From Antedon mediterranea (lineage: Eukaryota > Animalia > Echinodermata), in NCBI RefSeq assembly GCF_964355755.1, contig NC_092675.1, positions 19,936,912 through 20,000,911 of the forward strand: DNA of 64,000 nucleotides, read 5' to 3'. The position numbers and the translations under genes were made by a program. This document shows, in pieces, positions 1 to 11,432 of this stretch (positions are counted from its first letter, which is position 1; every line of letters begins with the position of its first letter). The notes beneath the pieces were generated by a model that saw only the letters and a list, made by a program, of their open reading frames with translations, was not told where the DNA came from and did not search any database.

Positions 1-189
1 TGAATATACTCATTATTAATTTCACAAGTTTGCCATCCAGGTAAGCATTATTAAATGAAGTGCACCACCCTCTACCTTATTTTCAGTTCTGTGTGTTTTC
101 AGAGTGGTTAACAGGCGAAAATGACTTCAACCAAAAATTCCTGTAAACCTGTTTAATTACCTATTGTTCTTATTTCATTTATATTGCAG

Positions 190-1641
190 AAACGGGTGAT
201 GTTCCTTTTTGTTGGAATTGTAGCAGTTTCAGTACTAGTAAGTTGACGAGATCTAAAAGGCACCTAATTTATCCATATAATCCAATCTAGAACAAATGAC
301 ACCTTTGAACAGGGGGCGGGGGGAATGAGTACTTGATAGAGGTGTGCTACTGTATAACATGCTTAGTGTGACAGGGGAATGAGTACTTGATAGAGGTGTG
401 CTACTGTATAACATGCTTAGTGTGACAGGGGAATGAGTACTTGATAGAGGTGTGCTATAACATGCTGATAATTGTGATGGTTTTATAGATCCAACTCATT
501 TTAAGTATGCTTTGATTCTGAAAAATTTTCCCAGCAAAGTTTGATGAAAGCAGAAGAATGTATACTGTAAACTATTCTTGTTTGTTCTTATCCTACATTG
601 TTTTTTAATGTAATATTTTATAGTGAATCCACTAATATGGCACTTATACCAAGAAATGATTATTATTTAAATGTTAAGTTCTGTCTACACTATCAAATTT
701 TATGTGACAAAAAATGTGATATGCACATGCATACAATGATATCACATCACTACCATATTTGGACATATCACTACTATATTTGGGCACGTCATACTTTTTT
801 TGTTGTCAAATCTGATTATCAGTAGTGTTTTTTCCTTATACATCCTTGTTCATTCAGATTTTTATTCTATAAAATTGGTGAGAGGTGATAGGAAGAGCAT
901 CTTCAGATGTGCCATTGTCTAAGACCTATATTATTATTTTCATATTTTTTTTTAACCTTTTTAGATCTCTATAATTCTAAGTATTGTTCAAGGTGCAAAG
1001 ACTAAAAGTCATGGATTTATCTATTTCCTGCTTGGTTTCAGCTTGGTGGGATTCGTTGCTATAGAACTTTTTATGGTATGTAGATATCTAAAGCTCTGTC
1101 TACAATATTGAACTTTATGTGACCAAAAAATGTGATGTGCCCATATATGGACATGATGATGTGATATCACTACCATATTTGAGCACATCACATTTTTTTG
1201 TCAAACTAGTTTGATAGTGTAGAACGAGCTTTAACAAAAACATTACGATAAATAGATAAACATACATTTTTCTTACATAAAACAAAATAAATTTTTCGTT
1301 TTACAACTATAGGAAAATCATTTATGCTGTCATTTTAATATTTTTTAAAATCCGATCAAATGATGTCATGATCAATAAAAACAATAACATCATTGTATTG
1401 TAACAATATAATTGCTCTTACTGATCATGATGTTTTAACAACTCCTTTTTTCATGACCACAGTGCTGATTTTGCCATTTTTTAAAACTGATATGTGATTT
1501 ATCATTATATATATAACTTAATTTCAGATTCGATTTATAAAAACAGGGGATTTACATGAAAGCAAGACGTGGTTCCTGTATGTCGTTGGTGCTTGTATTA
1601 TGTTGGAGACAGTTTTCACAGATGTTTTGCTATATCAATGA
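190..1641 (+). CDS. TMEM243: TMEM243-like small membrane protein, 3' part (5' end outside window)
   Basis: Phase-0 GT-AG exons 190-237, 965-1075 and 1528-1641 splice to KRVMFLFVGIVAVSVL|ISIILSIVQGAKTKSHGFIYFLLGFSLVGFVAIELFM|IRFIKTGDLHESKTWFLYVVGACIMLETVFTDVLLYQ*. Three hydrophobic segments and the GDL motif resemble recalled human TMEM243 (…IYWYRQGDLEPK…). Possible 12-nt exon at 29-40. Confidence 0.6.
320..466. repeat. Tandem repeat, ~54-bp unit x ~2.7
   Basis: GGGGAATGAGTACTTGATAGAGGTGTGCTACTGTATAACATGCTTAGTGTGACA repeated directly. Confidence 0.85.
1091..1231. mobile_element. High-copy palindromic MITE, family A (possibly PIF/Harbinger-type)
   Basis: TIR AGCTCTGTCTACACTATCAAAC…GTTTGATAGTGTAGACAGAGCT in TAA/TTA(A) context. 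Other copies at ~677-825, 5771-5931, 22313-22462, 24560-24780 (split), 26888-27023, 36532-36693, 42136-42231, 42979-43110 and 63817-64000. Confidence 0.85.
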
Positions 1642-2301
1642 TAAATTTCCAATCAAGTTATATTGAAGTGTACTATACTAGTTTATAATCTTTTATAAAA
1701 TGAATAGATGATGCCAAATACGTAACTACTTATTTACCTTGGACTGAAATGTCAGCCATGTTTTGTACTCCTTGGTTGCAAACTTAACCCACCTAATAAT
1801 AATATTATATATACTGTACTTATATATGTATTGTTCAATTTAGATTCCAAACAACTGAAAAACATTTTAGTCAATGTGTCTATTTGCTTAGAAAAGATCA
1901 TGATATTCAATTGTTTTGATTGTATTGACATTTGTAACTCCATTTGCTTATTATTAAAATACACAAATGAATAATAACTATACTAATACATATATAACAC
2001 AAATTTAAAAATAAGAAAGTTGGTACGATGTGTAAATATATTACAAGCTAAATATTTATTTTGATCAGATTTTGTGTTAAAAATATTAATTAAATATATG
2101 CATAGGATACACATATAATTATTATTGCTGTAGATTTGTAATTAAATTTTTGTAATGATTAATATTTTGAATAAAGATATGAAATTAAACTATTTTGTTT
2201 TTCATACTTTTGTGCTTACTCCTCCCTTTATTTCAACATGTCCCTGCTGATCATTGTGAAAACGTGAGTAGCGCCCTCTTTTTTATAGTTATTTTTTAAA
2301 A

Positions 2302-5300
2302 ATGGCTGCCCCCATAGAAGTTGTTTTGACATGCGATTTGTCTGGGCAAATGTGGAATACTTGTGTTTGGGATTTGAATTCAGGAACTGTGTTAAAGTCA
2401 TACTCAGGTGGAATAAGTACTTCAAAGAGTCTTAATTTTATTGGTAGAGATTATCTGTTGTCTGCTTCACCTAGCAAGTCTGTTCTAAACTTGTGGTCTC
2501 TACACAAAAGGGTGAGTCGCCAGGCCTTCTGCGACGTGGGTCTGGGAAATCAACAAATTTCACAGTTGTGCAAAGGATAGTGTATTCCTAATTGGTCGTT
2601 TCGTCCCTATTACAATCATGATGTGACTATAATTTAAAATGGATATAAAATAATATGAACTGATTCTAGGCCTATTTCACATGACTTTTTTTGTAAATCA
2701 ATGCCATGACAAATTTGTTAAAAAAAATGTAATTTATAAACATTACATTATTTTACTGTAAAAATGTATTAATTGTGAATAATTATAAATTAATACATTA
2801 ATTTTAGGAACAGCAACAAGTAAAGATGATTTGCCCGGGAGTTGTAAATTGTCTGACAGTGTCACCTGATGGAAGTTATTGTGTCGCAGCGATTTCTGAA
2901 AAGATATATATATGGCAGGTAATAATAATATATTTCGATTAAATTTTGTATAATAAAAATATTAATAATTTTGTTAATATAATTATATTGTATTTGCATG
3001 GTAGCATGCAAATATAAATCACATTTTGGTCATGTAAAAAATGGTATAATGCACTTTAATACTCAATAAAAATCTTAATACGTTGTGTTTTTATTTAAAC
3101 TATTTGTATTTTTTTATTTAAATCTTAGTTTTCAACTGGGAATTTATTAGCTGTTGTTTCAAGACACTACCAGAAAGTAACGTGCCTGTCTTTTACTGAT
3201 GATGGCAGCCATTTTGTATCCGGTGGCGAAGACAACATTATTATAGTATGGTCAATGGCAAGGTTAGCAGGTTTTAAACTTCAATTCAACATTTGTCCAT
3301 ATGATACATAAAAAACAATTACATTCTGGAATCCATATATATATTCATATATACAATTTATCATTTAGTAAATGTTATGCACGATTTCTTGCGCAATGTC
3401 AAATTAAACAAATTCTTAGTTAAAAAATAGCTGCGGTGTACTGTAAAAATTAAATAAAATACACCCTACCATGCCTTTAATTAAGAGTATATGCATCTGT
3501 AATATTTTTTTCTTGTTTCTTTAAAATAGTCTATTACAAAAAAGTAATACTTACCAGCAATGCATAGAACCATTGCATATTTGGTCACAGCACTCTCTAC
3601 CAATCACTGACGTTTACTGCGGAACTGGTTTTCCCCATTCAAGAGTGGTCTCAACCTCACTTGATCAAACATGTAAAGTAAGTTCTGTGTGTACAGTTAA
3701 CTCAACCAATTTAAACCTGCACTAAAAGAGCACTGGTCTAACCACCTAAACTACAGCCCATATGAATCAAAGAATATTTTCTGGTCAAGAGGGGCACAGA
3801 AGCATTAATGTTTTAAGTCTTGAAATCCGGGTAGGTAGGTAATATCTCTTTTGAAAGATTGAAAAAGAAATAACATTTTTTCTGTCTGGCTTTAAAGACC
3901 CCTTCCCTGCAATTTTGGACATTTTTTGGAAAATAATACATATATATCACTTTAAAAACATTAAATCATGTCATTCCTTGTCTTAAATGTACGTTTTATG
4001 GTAAATTATGATAAAAAGTGAGAAACAATGCACTACCTAAGTAGCTCGCGGCGATCGACCTCTCGTGGACGGTCTTAGGCGTAGCCTAGCTAGTAGGCTT
4101 AGTTTTGTAGGCCTAGCTGGTAAACATCGGTAACGTACGAACATCATACGGTAGCTATATACCTAGCCTGACGTTGTATAGTTGCTGCATTAATTGTCTT
4201 TCTATTTTTGCCAGACTCCGTTGATACAAATTGGGGAAAACCCGGTATTTTCGCTGAAAAGTTAGGAGTCTTCCATTTGTTTTGGCCTCACGATCGATCG
4301 AAAAGTGGGCAAAATACAGGTGAAAAACAAAAATATCAATCCGCGCGCAATGCATTTTGGGATTTATAGCGGGCCGCTATAATTATTAGAATCAACTTAT
4401 TTTTCACATTTTTAACCGTTTAAAGACGAAAAAAAAGTTATCGCAATAGGACCATATAGTATTATTTTTACATTAAATATAGTTTGTGATCTTAAATTAG
4501 ATCTAAAAAACGTAGGGAAGGGGGCTTTAAATATTTGAAATAATAAGAATAATATACAATGAAAGCAAACAAGTTTTAGTGAAGTTTGATTTAATTTTAT
4601 TTACATTTAGTTATGGGACATGGCGTCTGGAGAACTGTTGCAAAACTTTGTGTTTGATGTCCCTCTGCATTCTGTTGTCATGGATTCTGCCGAGTATCGT
4701 TTGTTTGTTGGTGGAGCTGACGGAAACATTTTTCAACTAAATCTTTTTAGTAACGTAAGTATTCTGTTATCTCATTTTTTTATTTGAAATCAAGAACTAG
4801 TCAATTGAGATTATATTATAGGTCCAGATGATGTCAGGCACAGTTATATGCATAGGTCATAGGCCCTCTCAAAAAGTGGCTTACATAGTATCCACCTACA
4901 TCATGTTGGATGAAATCATCAACTCTAATTAACATTAACATTAAGTTCAGCACTAATTTTAGGCCCTGGTAAATGTAAATAGGGGAATAACCTGCTACTT
5001 GCAGCCTACTGTGCTGAATTGCACACAGGTGTGGACGACACAGACCATAATTTTCTACTAACTTAAGGGTCCCTTCGTGTCGAGTGCTGCCACCAAACAG
5101 TGCCCATTCGTCTGTCCACAATGACATGGACTGAATGGATCAGTACACCGGGGTAACCCCGTACTTTTCCGATTTCAAAATCCTGTGTCTGCCACTACTG
5201 ACTAAAACATTTGTTTGTATACATGCGGTACATGCAGTAAATATGGAAATGCTGTACAAGTATTATTCATTCTAATTGAAAATGTATTAAAATGGATTAA

Positions 5301-8300
5301 ATGTTAATTATTTTGATTGTTTAATGTCTACATTATTTATCTTAACAGCCTTGTAAAGTAGATTCAGACAATAAACAGGAAACACCTGACATATTCAAAG
5401 GTCATAGGTTAGTTAAAACTTTTGCACTGGTCTTGTTCTTTGTTTGTAGCAAATTCAACTGAATAGCCAACAGGGATGCATTTGAAAAAGTATAATAATC
5501 ACTGGGCATAACTCTTGTCCTCTTGTCCCTGTCACACAAAATATTATTACATATAAAGATTATGAACAATTTTATTGTTTTTGTTAGCAATAAAGTAACA
5601 TGTTTATCAGTATCAATGGATGGCAGTAGACTTGTATCTGGTAGTCATGACAACACAGCACGCATATGGGATGTTTCAAGTAGACAGTGTGTGCGTACAC
5701 TAAAACATAAAGGTAAGTTCTTTATCTATAATGACTTGAAGATGTCAGTTAATAGAAAATGTTTGTTTAAAGCTCTGTCTACACTATAAAACTTTATGTG
5801 ACAAAAAATGTGATGTGCCCATATATGGACATGATGATGTCATATCACTACCATATTTAAGCATTTTACTACCATATTTGGGCACATCACACTTTTTGTG
5901 TCAAACTAGTTTGATAGTGTTTGCAGAGCTTTAAGACTGTAGACGGAAGGAGGCGATAATCTATGCGTATAAGCCCAGTACACGCCATTCTCTGCGCATT
6001 CAGTACTATGTTTGGTTGGTTACTCCTTCGTCTACTGTCTCAAAATAAAAGCTTCCTGATATAAATATATAAGCCCTGTTGTATATCATCTATCCCAGAG
6101 GAGGATCCAGGATTTTTTTTAACATGGGAGCGCTAACATATAACATTTATAATCTGTCAAAAATAGATATCAATACAGTATATAGCTTTCAAGAGAGAAG
6201 GCTGCATGCCCCTGGTGTTACCCCCTGGATCCACCCCTGTATCCTGCTGCGATGCCAAAGCAGATCCCCCAACTTTAAAATCGGAATAAACATATATTTT
6301 GTTTAGCACTCATGATAATCCAACAGCAGCGAAAGTGAGAATACAAATTGATGGAACAACTATTATGTACAATTATTACTTTGTTTTTGCATTACTTTTT
6401 TTCTGTAATTTTTCATTATTGTTAATCTATTGTATCACGTGATTCTAATTTTTTAACATTTTGTTTAATCCTGTCAGATCACCGTCATGGGTTTTGTTTA
6501 ATCCTGTCACCGTCATGGGTTTTGTTTAATCCTGTCACCGTCATGGGTTTTGTTTAATCCTGTCACCGTCATGGGTTTTGTTTAATCCTGTCACCGTCAT
6601 GGGTTTTGTTTAATCCTGTCACCGTCATGGCTTTTGTTTAATCCTGTCACCGTCATGGCTTTTGTTTAATCCTGTCACCGTCATGGGTTTGTTTAATCCT
6701 GTCACCATCATGGGTTTTGTTTAATCCTGTCACCGTCATGTGTTTTGTTTGATCCTGTCACCGTCATGGGTTTTGTTTAATCCTGTCACCGTCATAGGTT
6801 TTGTTTAATCCTGTCACCGTCATGGGTTTTGTTTTATCCTGTCACCGTCATGGGTTTTGTTTAATCCTGTCACCGTCATGGGTTTTGTTTAATCCTGTCA
6901 CCGTCATGGGTTTTGTTTAATCCTTTCACCGTCATGGGTTTTGTTTAATCCTGTCACCGTCATGTGTTTTGTTTAATCCTGTCACCGTCATGGGTTTTGT
7001 TTAATCCTGTAGTGTCACCGTCATGGATTTTGTTTAATCCGGTGACCGTCATGGGTTTTGTTTAATCCGGTCACCGTCATGGCTTTTGTTTAATCCTGTC
7101 ACCGTCATGGGTTTTGTTTAATCCTGTCACCGTCATGGGTTTTGTTTAATCCTGTCACCGTCATGGGTTTTGTTTAATCCTGTCACCGTCATGGGTTTTG
7201 TTTAATCCTGTCACCGTCATGGGTTTTGTTTAATCCTGTCACCGTCATGGGTTTTGTTTAATCCTGTCACCGTCATGGGTTTTGTTTAATCCTGTCACCG
7301 TCATGGGTTTTGTTTGATCCTGTTACCGTCATGTGTTTTGTTTAATCCTGTCACCGTCATGTGTTTTGTTTAATCCTGTCACCGTCATGGGTTTTGTTTT
7401 ATCCTGTCACCGTCATGGGTTTTGTTTGATCCTGTCACCGTCATGTGTTTTGTTTAATCCTGTCACCGTCATGGGTTTTGTTTAATCCTGTCACCGTCAT
7501 GTGTTTTGTTTAATCCTGTCACCGTCATGGGTTTTGTTTAATCCTGTCACCGTCATGGGTTTTGTTTAATCCTGTCACCGTCATGGGTTTTGTTTAATCA
7601 TGTCACCGTCATGGGTTTTGTTTAATCCTGTCACCGTCATGGCTTTTGTTTAATCCTGTCACCGTCATGGCTTTTGTTTAATCCTGTCACCGTCATGGCT
7701 TTTGTTTAATCCTGTCACCGTCATGGGTTTTGTTTAATCCTGTCACCGTCATGGGTTTTGTTTAATCCTGTCACCGTCATGGGTTTTGTTTAATCCTGTC
7801 ACCGTCATGGCTTTTGTTTAATCCTGTCACCGTCATGTGTTTTGTTTGATCCTGTCACCGTCATGGGTTTTGTTTGATCCTGTCACCGTCATGGGTTTTG
7901 TTTAATCCTGTCACCGTCATGGGTTTTGTTTGATCATGTCACCGTCATGGGTTTTGTTTGATCCTGTCACCGTCATGGGTTTTGTTTAATCCTGTCACCG
8001 TCATGGGTTTTGTTTAATCCTGTCACCGTCATGGGTTTTGTTTAATCCTGTCACCGTCATGGGTTTTGTTTGATCATGTCACCGTCATGGGTTTTGTTTG
8101 ATCCTGTCACCGTCATGGGTTTTGTTTAATCCTGTCACCGTCATGGGTTTTGTTTAATCCTGTCACCGTCATGGGTTTTGTTTAATCCTGTCACCGTCAT
8201 GGGTTTTGTTTAATCCTGTCACCGTCATAGGTTTTGTTTAATCCTGTCACCGTCATGGGTTTTGTTTAATCCTGTCACCGTCATGGGTTTTGTTTAATCC

Positions 8301-9370
8301 TGTCACCGTCATGGGTTTTGTTATGTTTATTTGTATTGTATTATCATGTTTTTAATTAACGAAATAAATGAAAAATGAAGGATCGCTAATTCCTAATTGA
8401 ACTCTCATTAAATGTGCTATTTTCATTTATTTATTTCACAGGGCCTGTATCAAATACTGTAATCAAGGTGCCTCCTAGGAAAATGTTCAGTGCTTTAAAC
8501 AAATCAGGACTTCCCATTAAACCATTCAAACGACATGTTCATGTGCCTGCTACAGGGTCAAAGGTCGGAAACCAAACTTCAAGGGAGTCGGTTCAAATTA
8601 GGACAAGGCATTCATTTACTTCAACAAACTACACAGTAAGACAAAGATTTCAGTTTCATAATGTCATCAAAACTATTTGGTTTGTTGCCGTTTGTTTCAA
8701 TTTGAAATTAAAAGATAATAATAATAATACGTCGATCTTATATAGCGCTTAATGCACAAAGCCTCTAAGTTCTTAATAGATGTTTCAAGGTTAATTATCA
8801 TCTGACACCTGATGCAAATAAAAGAAATAACGAGATAGATGTAGCCTAGATGTGAAACAAAATCTTGCATTTTTGTAGAACCTCTATTAAGAAGACACCA
8901 TTGGAACCAAAAACGTGTCTCCTCAATAGGGTTTCCCTGTATAGCAGTCGTCTGTAGTTAAAATATATATTTCCCCTTGTTCATTTTATGACAAAGTGTC
9001 TCCTGAATAGGGGTGTCCCAAAGGAGGAGTTCTACTTTATATGTTTTGTATGTGATTGATATAATATTACAGAATTGTTTTTTTATAGGATTCAATTGAA
9101 CCTTTGGTAGAGTTAGTTAAAAAGGTGAAGTACAATATTTAATTTTGTTGATAACTTGATAGCAATGGGTTTACTATGTTTGATTAATTTGATAGATAAA
9201 AACTGAATGTTAAACATTATAGCCACATAAATTTGAATGATGTATTTGGTTATTTTCAGGATGATAAAGTTTATTCCCAGTTGCCAGCGGAAACCAATCA
9301 AGAGCTTCAAAAAGTAAAGAAGTTGAATGAAGAATTGTACACGTTTACAATAAAACAACTTGTGCAATAA
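2302..9370 (+). CDS. WDR18: WD repeat protein 18 (Ipi3 orthologue, rixosome subunit), ~423 aa
   Basis: Exons 2302-2511, 2808-2918, 3129-3262, 3530-3677, 4611-4754, 5349-5407, 5588-5712, 8442-8635, 9089-9124 and 9260-9370; all GT-AG with consistent phases. Diagnostic peptides: MAAPIEVV, RHYQKVTCLSFTDDGSHFVSGGED, HSLPITD, VTCLSVSMDGSRLVSGSHD. Confidence 0.95.
3896..4526. mobile_element. Non-autonomous DNA transposon, Kolobok-like
   Basis: TTAA|AGACCCCTTCCCTGC…GTAGGGAAGGGGGCT|TTAA: TTAA on both sides with AG..CT termini; interior retains CpGs. Confidence 0.65.
5771..5931. mobile_element. MITE family A copy
   Basis: Same TIR and interior as 1091-1231, TTAA flanks. Confidence 0.85.
6095..6239. 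mobile_element. Small TIR element remnant (hAT-like termini)
   Basis: CAGAGGAGGATCCAGG…CCTGGATCCACCCCTG imperfect inverted ends. Confidence 0.4.
6459..8323. repeat. 28-bp minisatellite, ~66 copies, in WDR18 intron 7
   Basis: Near-identical unit GGGTTTTGTTTAATCCTGTCACCGTCAT. Confidence 0.97.
8875..9037. mobile_element. Tc1/mariner-pogo-type MITE remnant
   Basis: GTAGAACCTCTATTAAGAAGACACC…GGAGTTCTAC with internal GTGTCTCC(T)GAATAGGG repeats. Related copies at ~41187-41370, ~45778-45885 and ~11930-11990. Confidence 0.45.
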
Positions 9371-10554
9371 AGACAACAAGTTGCACTCAAATAGAAACAT
9401 TCAGTGCTTAGTGGCACTCTGGTTAATAAGCTTATCATATAATAATGCTTACCAATTCTAGGGCCCTTGGTTCAAATCATAGTGATGTCATATTACCAGT
9501 ATTTTTTCATATTGGTAAACATCAGTGCCACAATCTATAGGGATGTGGTGAGACCTTAAAAACTGATGTGGTAAAGAAATTTTAAATAAACATATGAATA
9601 TAAAGTATACAAGCATTTTCGGGGTGGGTGAGGGTGGAGGAGGTGAAAAAATGTACTCTGCCTCATACTGGCCCCAATCTAACCTAATGATAAGACTTTT
9701 TTTAGTAATTTTGTGATTAAATGTGCGTATAGGAACGTACTAAAAAGTAAAGAACAATACAAACTGTGTACTTGGTAAGCCTCAATCTACTGCAATGGAA
9801 CTTACTATTTAACGATTGTTTAATATTGCGTACTATTGCACGCCATGTGACCAACATTCGTCCAATCAAATGACAGCAATTTATTTAGTTTTTCTACTGC
9901 AATGGAACTTATATCAAAAAAATATAAATAACACACTCAGAACTTTCTGAAAGATGTGTTAATGCAGGCACTGGAAATGTGGCATTGCATTGTATATTAT
10001 AAAGCCTATAAAAAATGTGTTAATTTTTTGTGAGCTTATATGGTATGTTTTGCCTTTAGAAAAGTGCATATGACTTAACTTGCTTGTATGTGAAATTATA
10101 CTTATAATGACTCGTACAATTCATGTTAAATTAATCAAAGTACAGTATTATGAATATTTGATATGAATTTAATCAGATGTTATTATAAATGAAATATTCA
10201 TTGCCATAAACTGAATCACAGGTTTCAGGTGTACAATGTTGGTAAAGATGTATATACATTATGTATGTATTTCTACACCAACCCTGTTATTGTATACATC
10301 AGACATTGTACCTACTTGATATATTATGCGATTTTTATTTGTAAAGTTGATATAGTATGTTGTAGCCATTGTAATCTTTTAATCAGGAATGCAAATCAGA
10401 ATCTAAAAGGAACAACTTTAATATCTAACCATGTCCATTTACAATTGTATGTATTTCTTAAACACATTGTCGCTCTCGTTGAAATAAATTAAATTATACC
10501 AGGCAGGCATTATTATTATATATATTTTCATACAATGCGTTCATGCTTAGTTAT

Positions 10555-11432
10555 TTACCCAGGTAAGTAGATGATCTACCCACCAAAGTTAGCGCTAATA
10601 ATTGGGCCATGAAGCCAACTTACCCAGGTAAGTAAATGATCTACCCACCAAAGTTAGCGCTAATTGGTCCATGAAGCCAACTTACCTGGGTAAGTAGTAG
10701 ATGATCTACCCACCAAAGTTAGCACTAATCGGTCCATGAAGTCAACTTGCCCAGGTGAGTAGATGATCTACCCACCAAAGTTGGCGCTAATCGGTCCATA
10801 AAGTCAACTTACCCAGGTGAGTAGATGATCTACCCACCAAAGTTGGCGCTAATTGGTCCATGAAGTCAACTTACCTGGGTAAGTAGATGATCTAACCACC
10901 AAAGTTAGCGCTAATCGGTCCATGAAGTCAACTTACCCAGGTAAGTAAATGATCTACCCACCAAAGTTAGCGCTAATCGGTCCATGAAGTAAACTTACCT
11001 GGGTAAGTAGATGATCTACCCACCAAAGTTGGCGCTAATCGGTCCATAAAGTCAACTTACCCAGGTGAGAAGATGATCTACCCACCAAAGTTGGCGCTAC
11101 TCGGTCCATGAAGTCAACTTACCTGGGTAAGTAGATGATCTATCCACCAAAGTTAGCGCTAATCGGTCCATGAAGTAAACTTACCTGGGTAAGTAGATGA
11201 TCTACCCACCAAAGTTAGCGCTAATCGGTCCATGAACTCAACTTACCCAGGTAAGTAAATGATCTACCCACCAAGGTTAGCACTAATCGGTCCATGAAGT
11301 CAACTTACCCAGGTGAGTAGATGATCTACCCACCAAAGTTAGCGCTAATCGGTCCATGAAGTCAACTTACCTGGGTAAGTAGTTGATCTACCCACCAAAG
11401 TTAGCAATAATTTACCAACTTACCCGGGTAAG
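10555..11432. repeat. ~62-bp minisatellite, ~14 copies, three palindromes per unit
   Basis: Unit CAACTTACCCAGGTAAGTAGATGATCTACCCACCAAAGTTAGCGCTAATCGGTCCATGAAGT. Confidence 0.95.

Noticed and set aside
6459-8323. CRISPR-like array of 28-bp repeats
   Set aside because: Repeats are contiguous with no unique spacers, lie in a eukaryotic intron, and there are no cas genes.
9403-9485. tRNA-like segments (also ~21055-21120 and ~29945-30002)
   Set aside because: Only partial A/B boxes and no complete cloverleaf; most likely decayed SINE heads.
10555-11432. CRISPR-like palindromic repeats
   Set aside because: The whole 62-bp unit repeats; there are no variable spacers.
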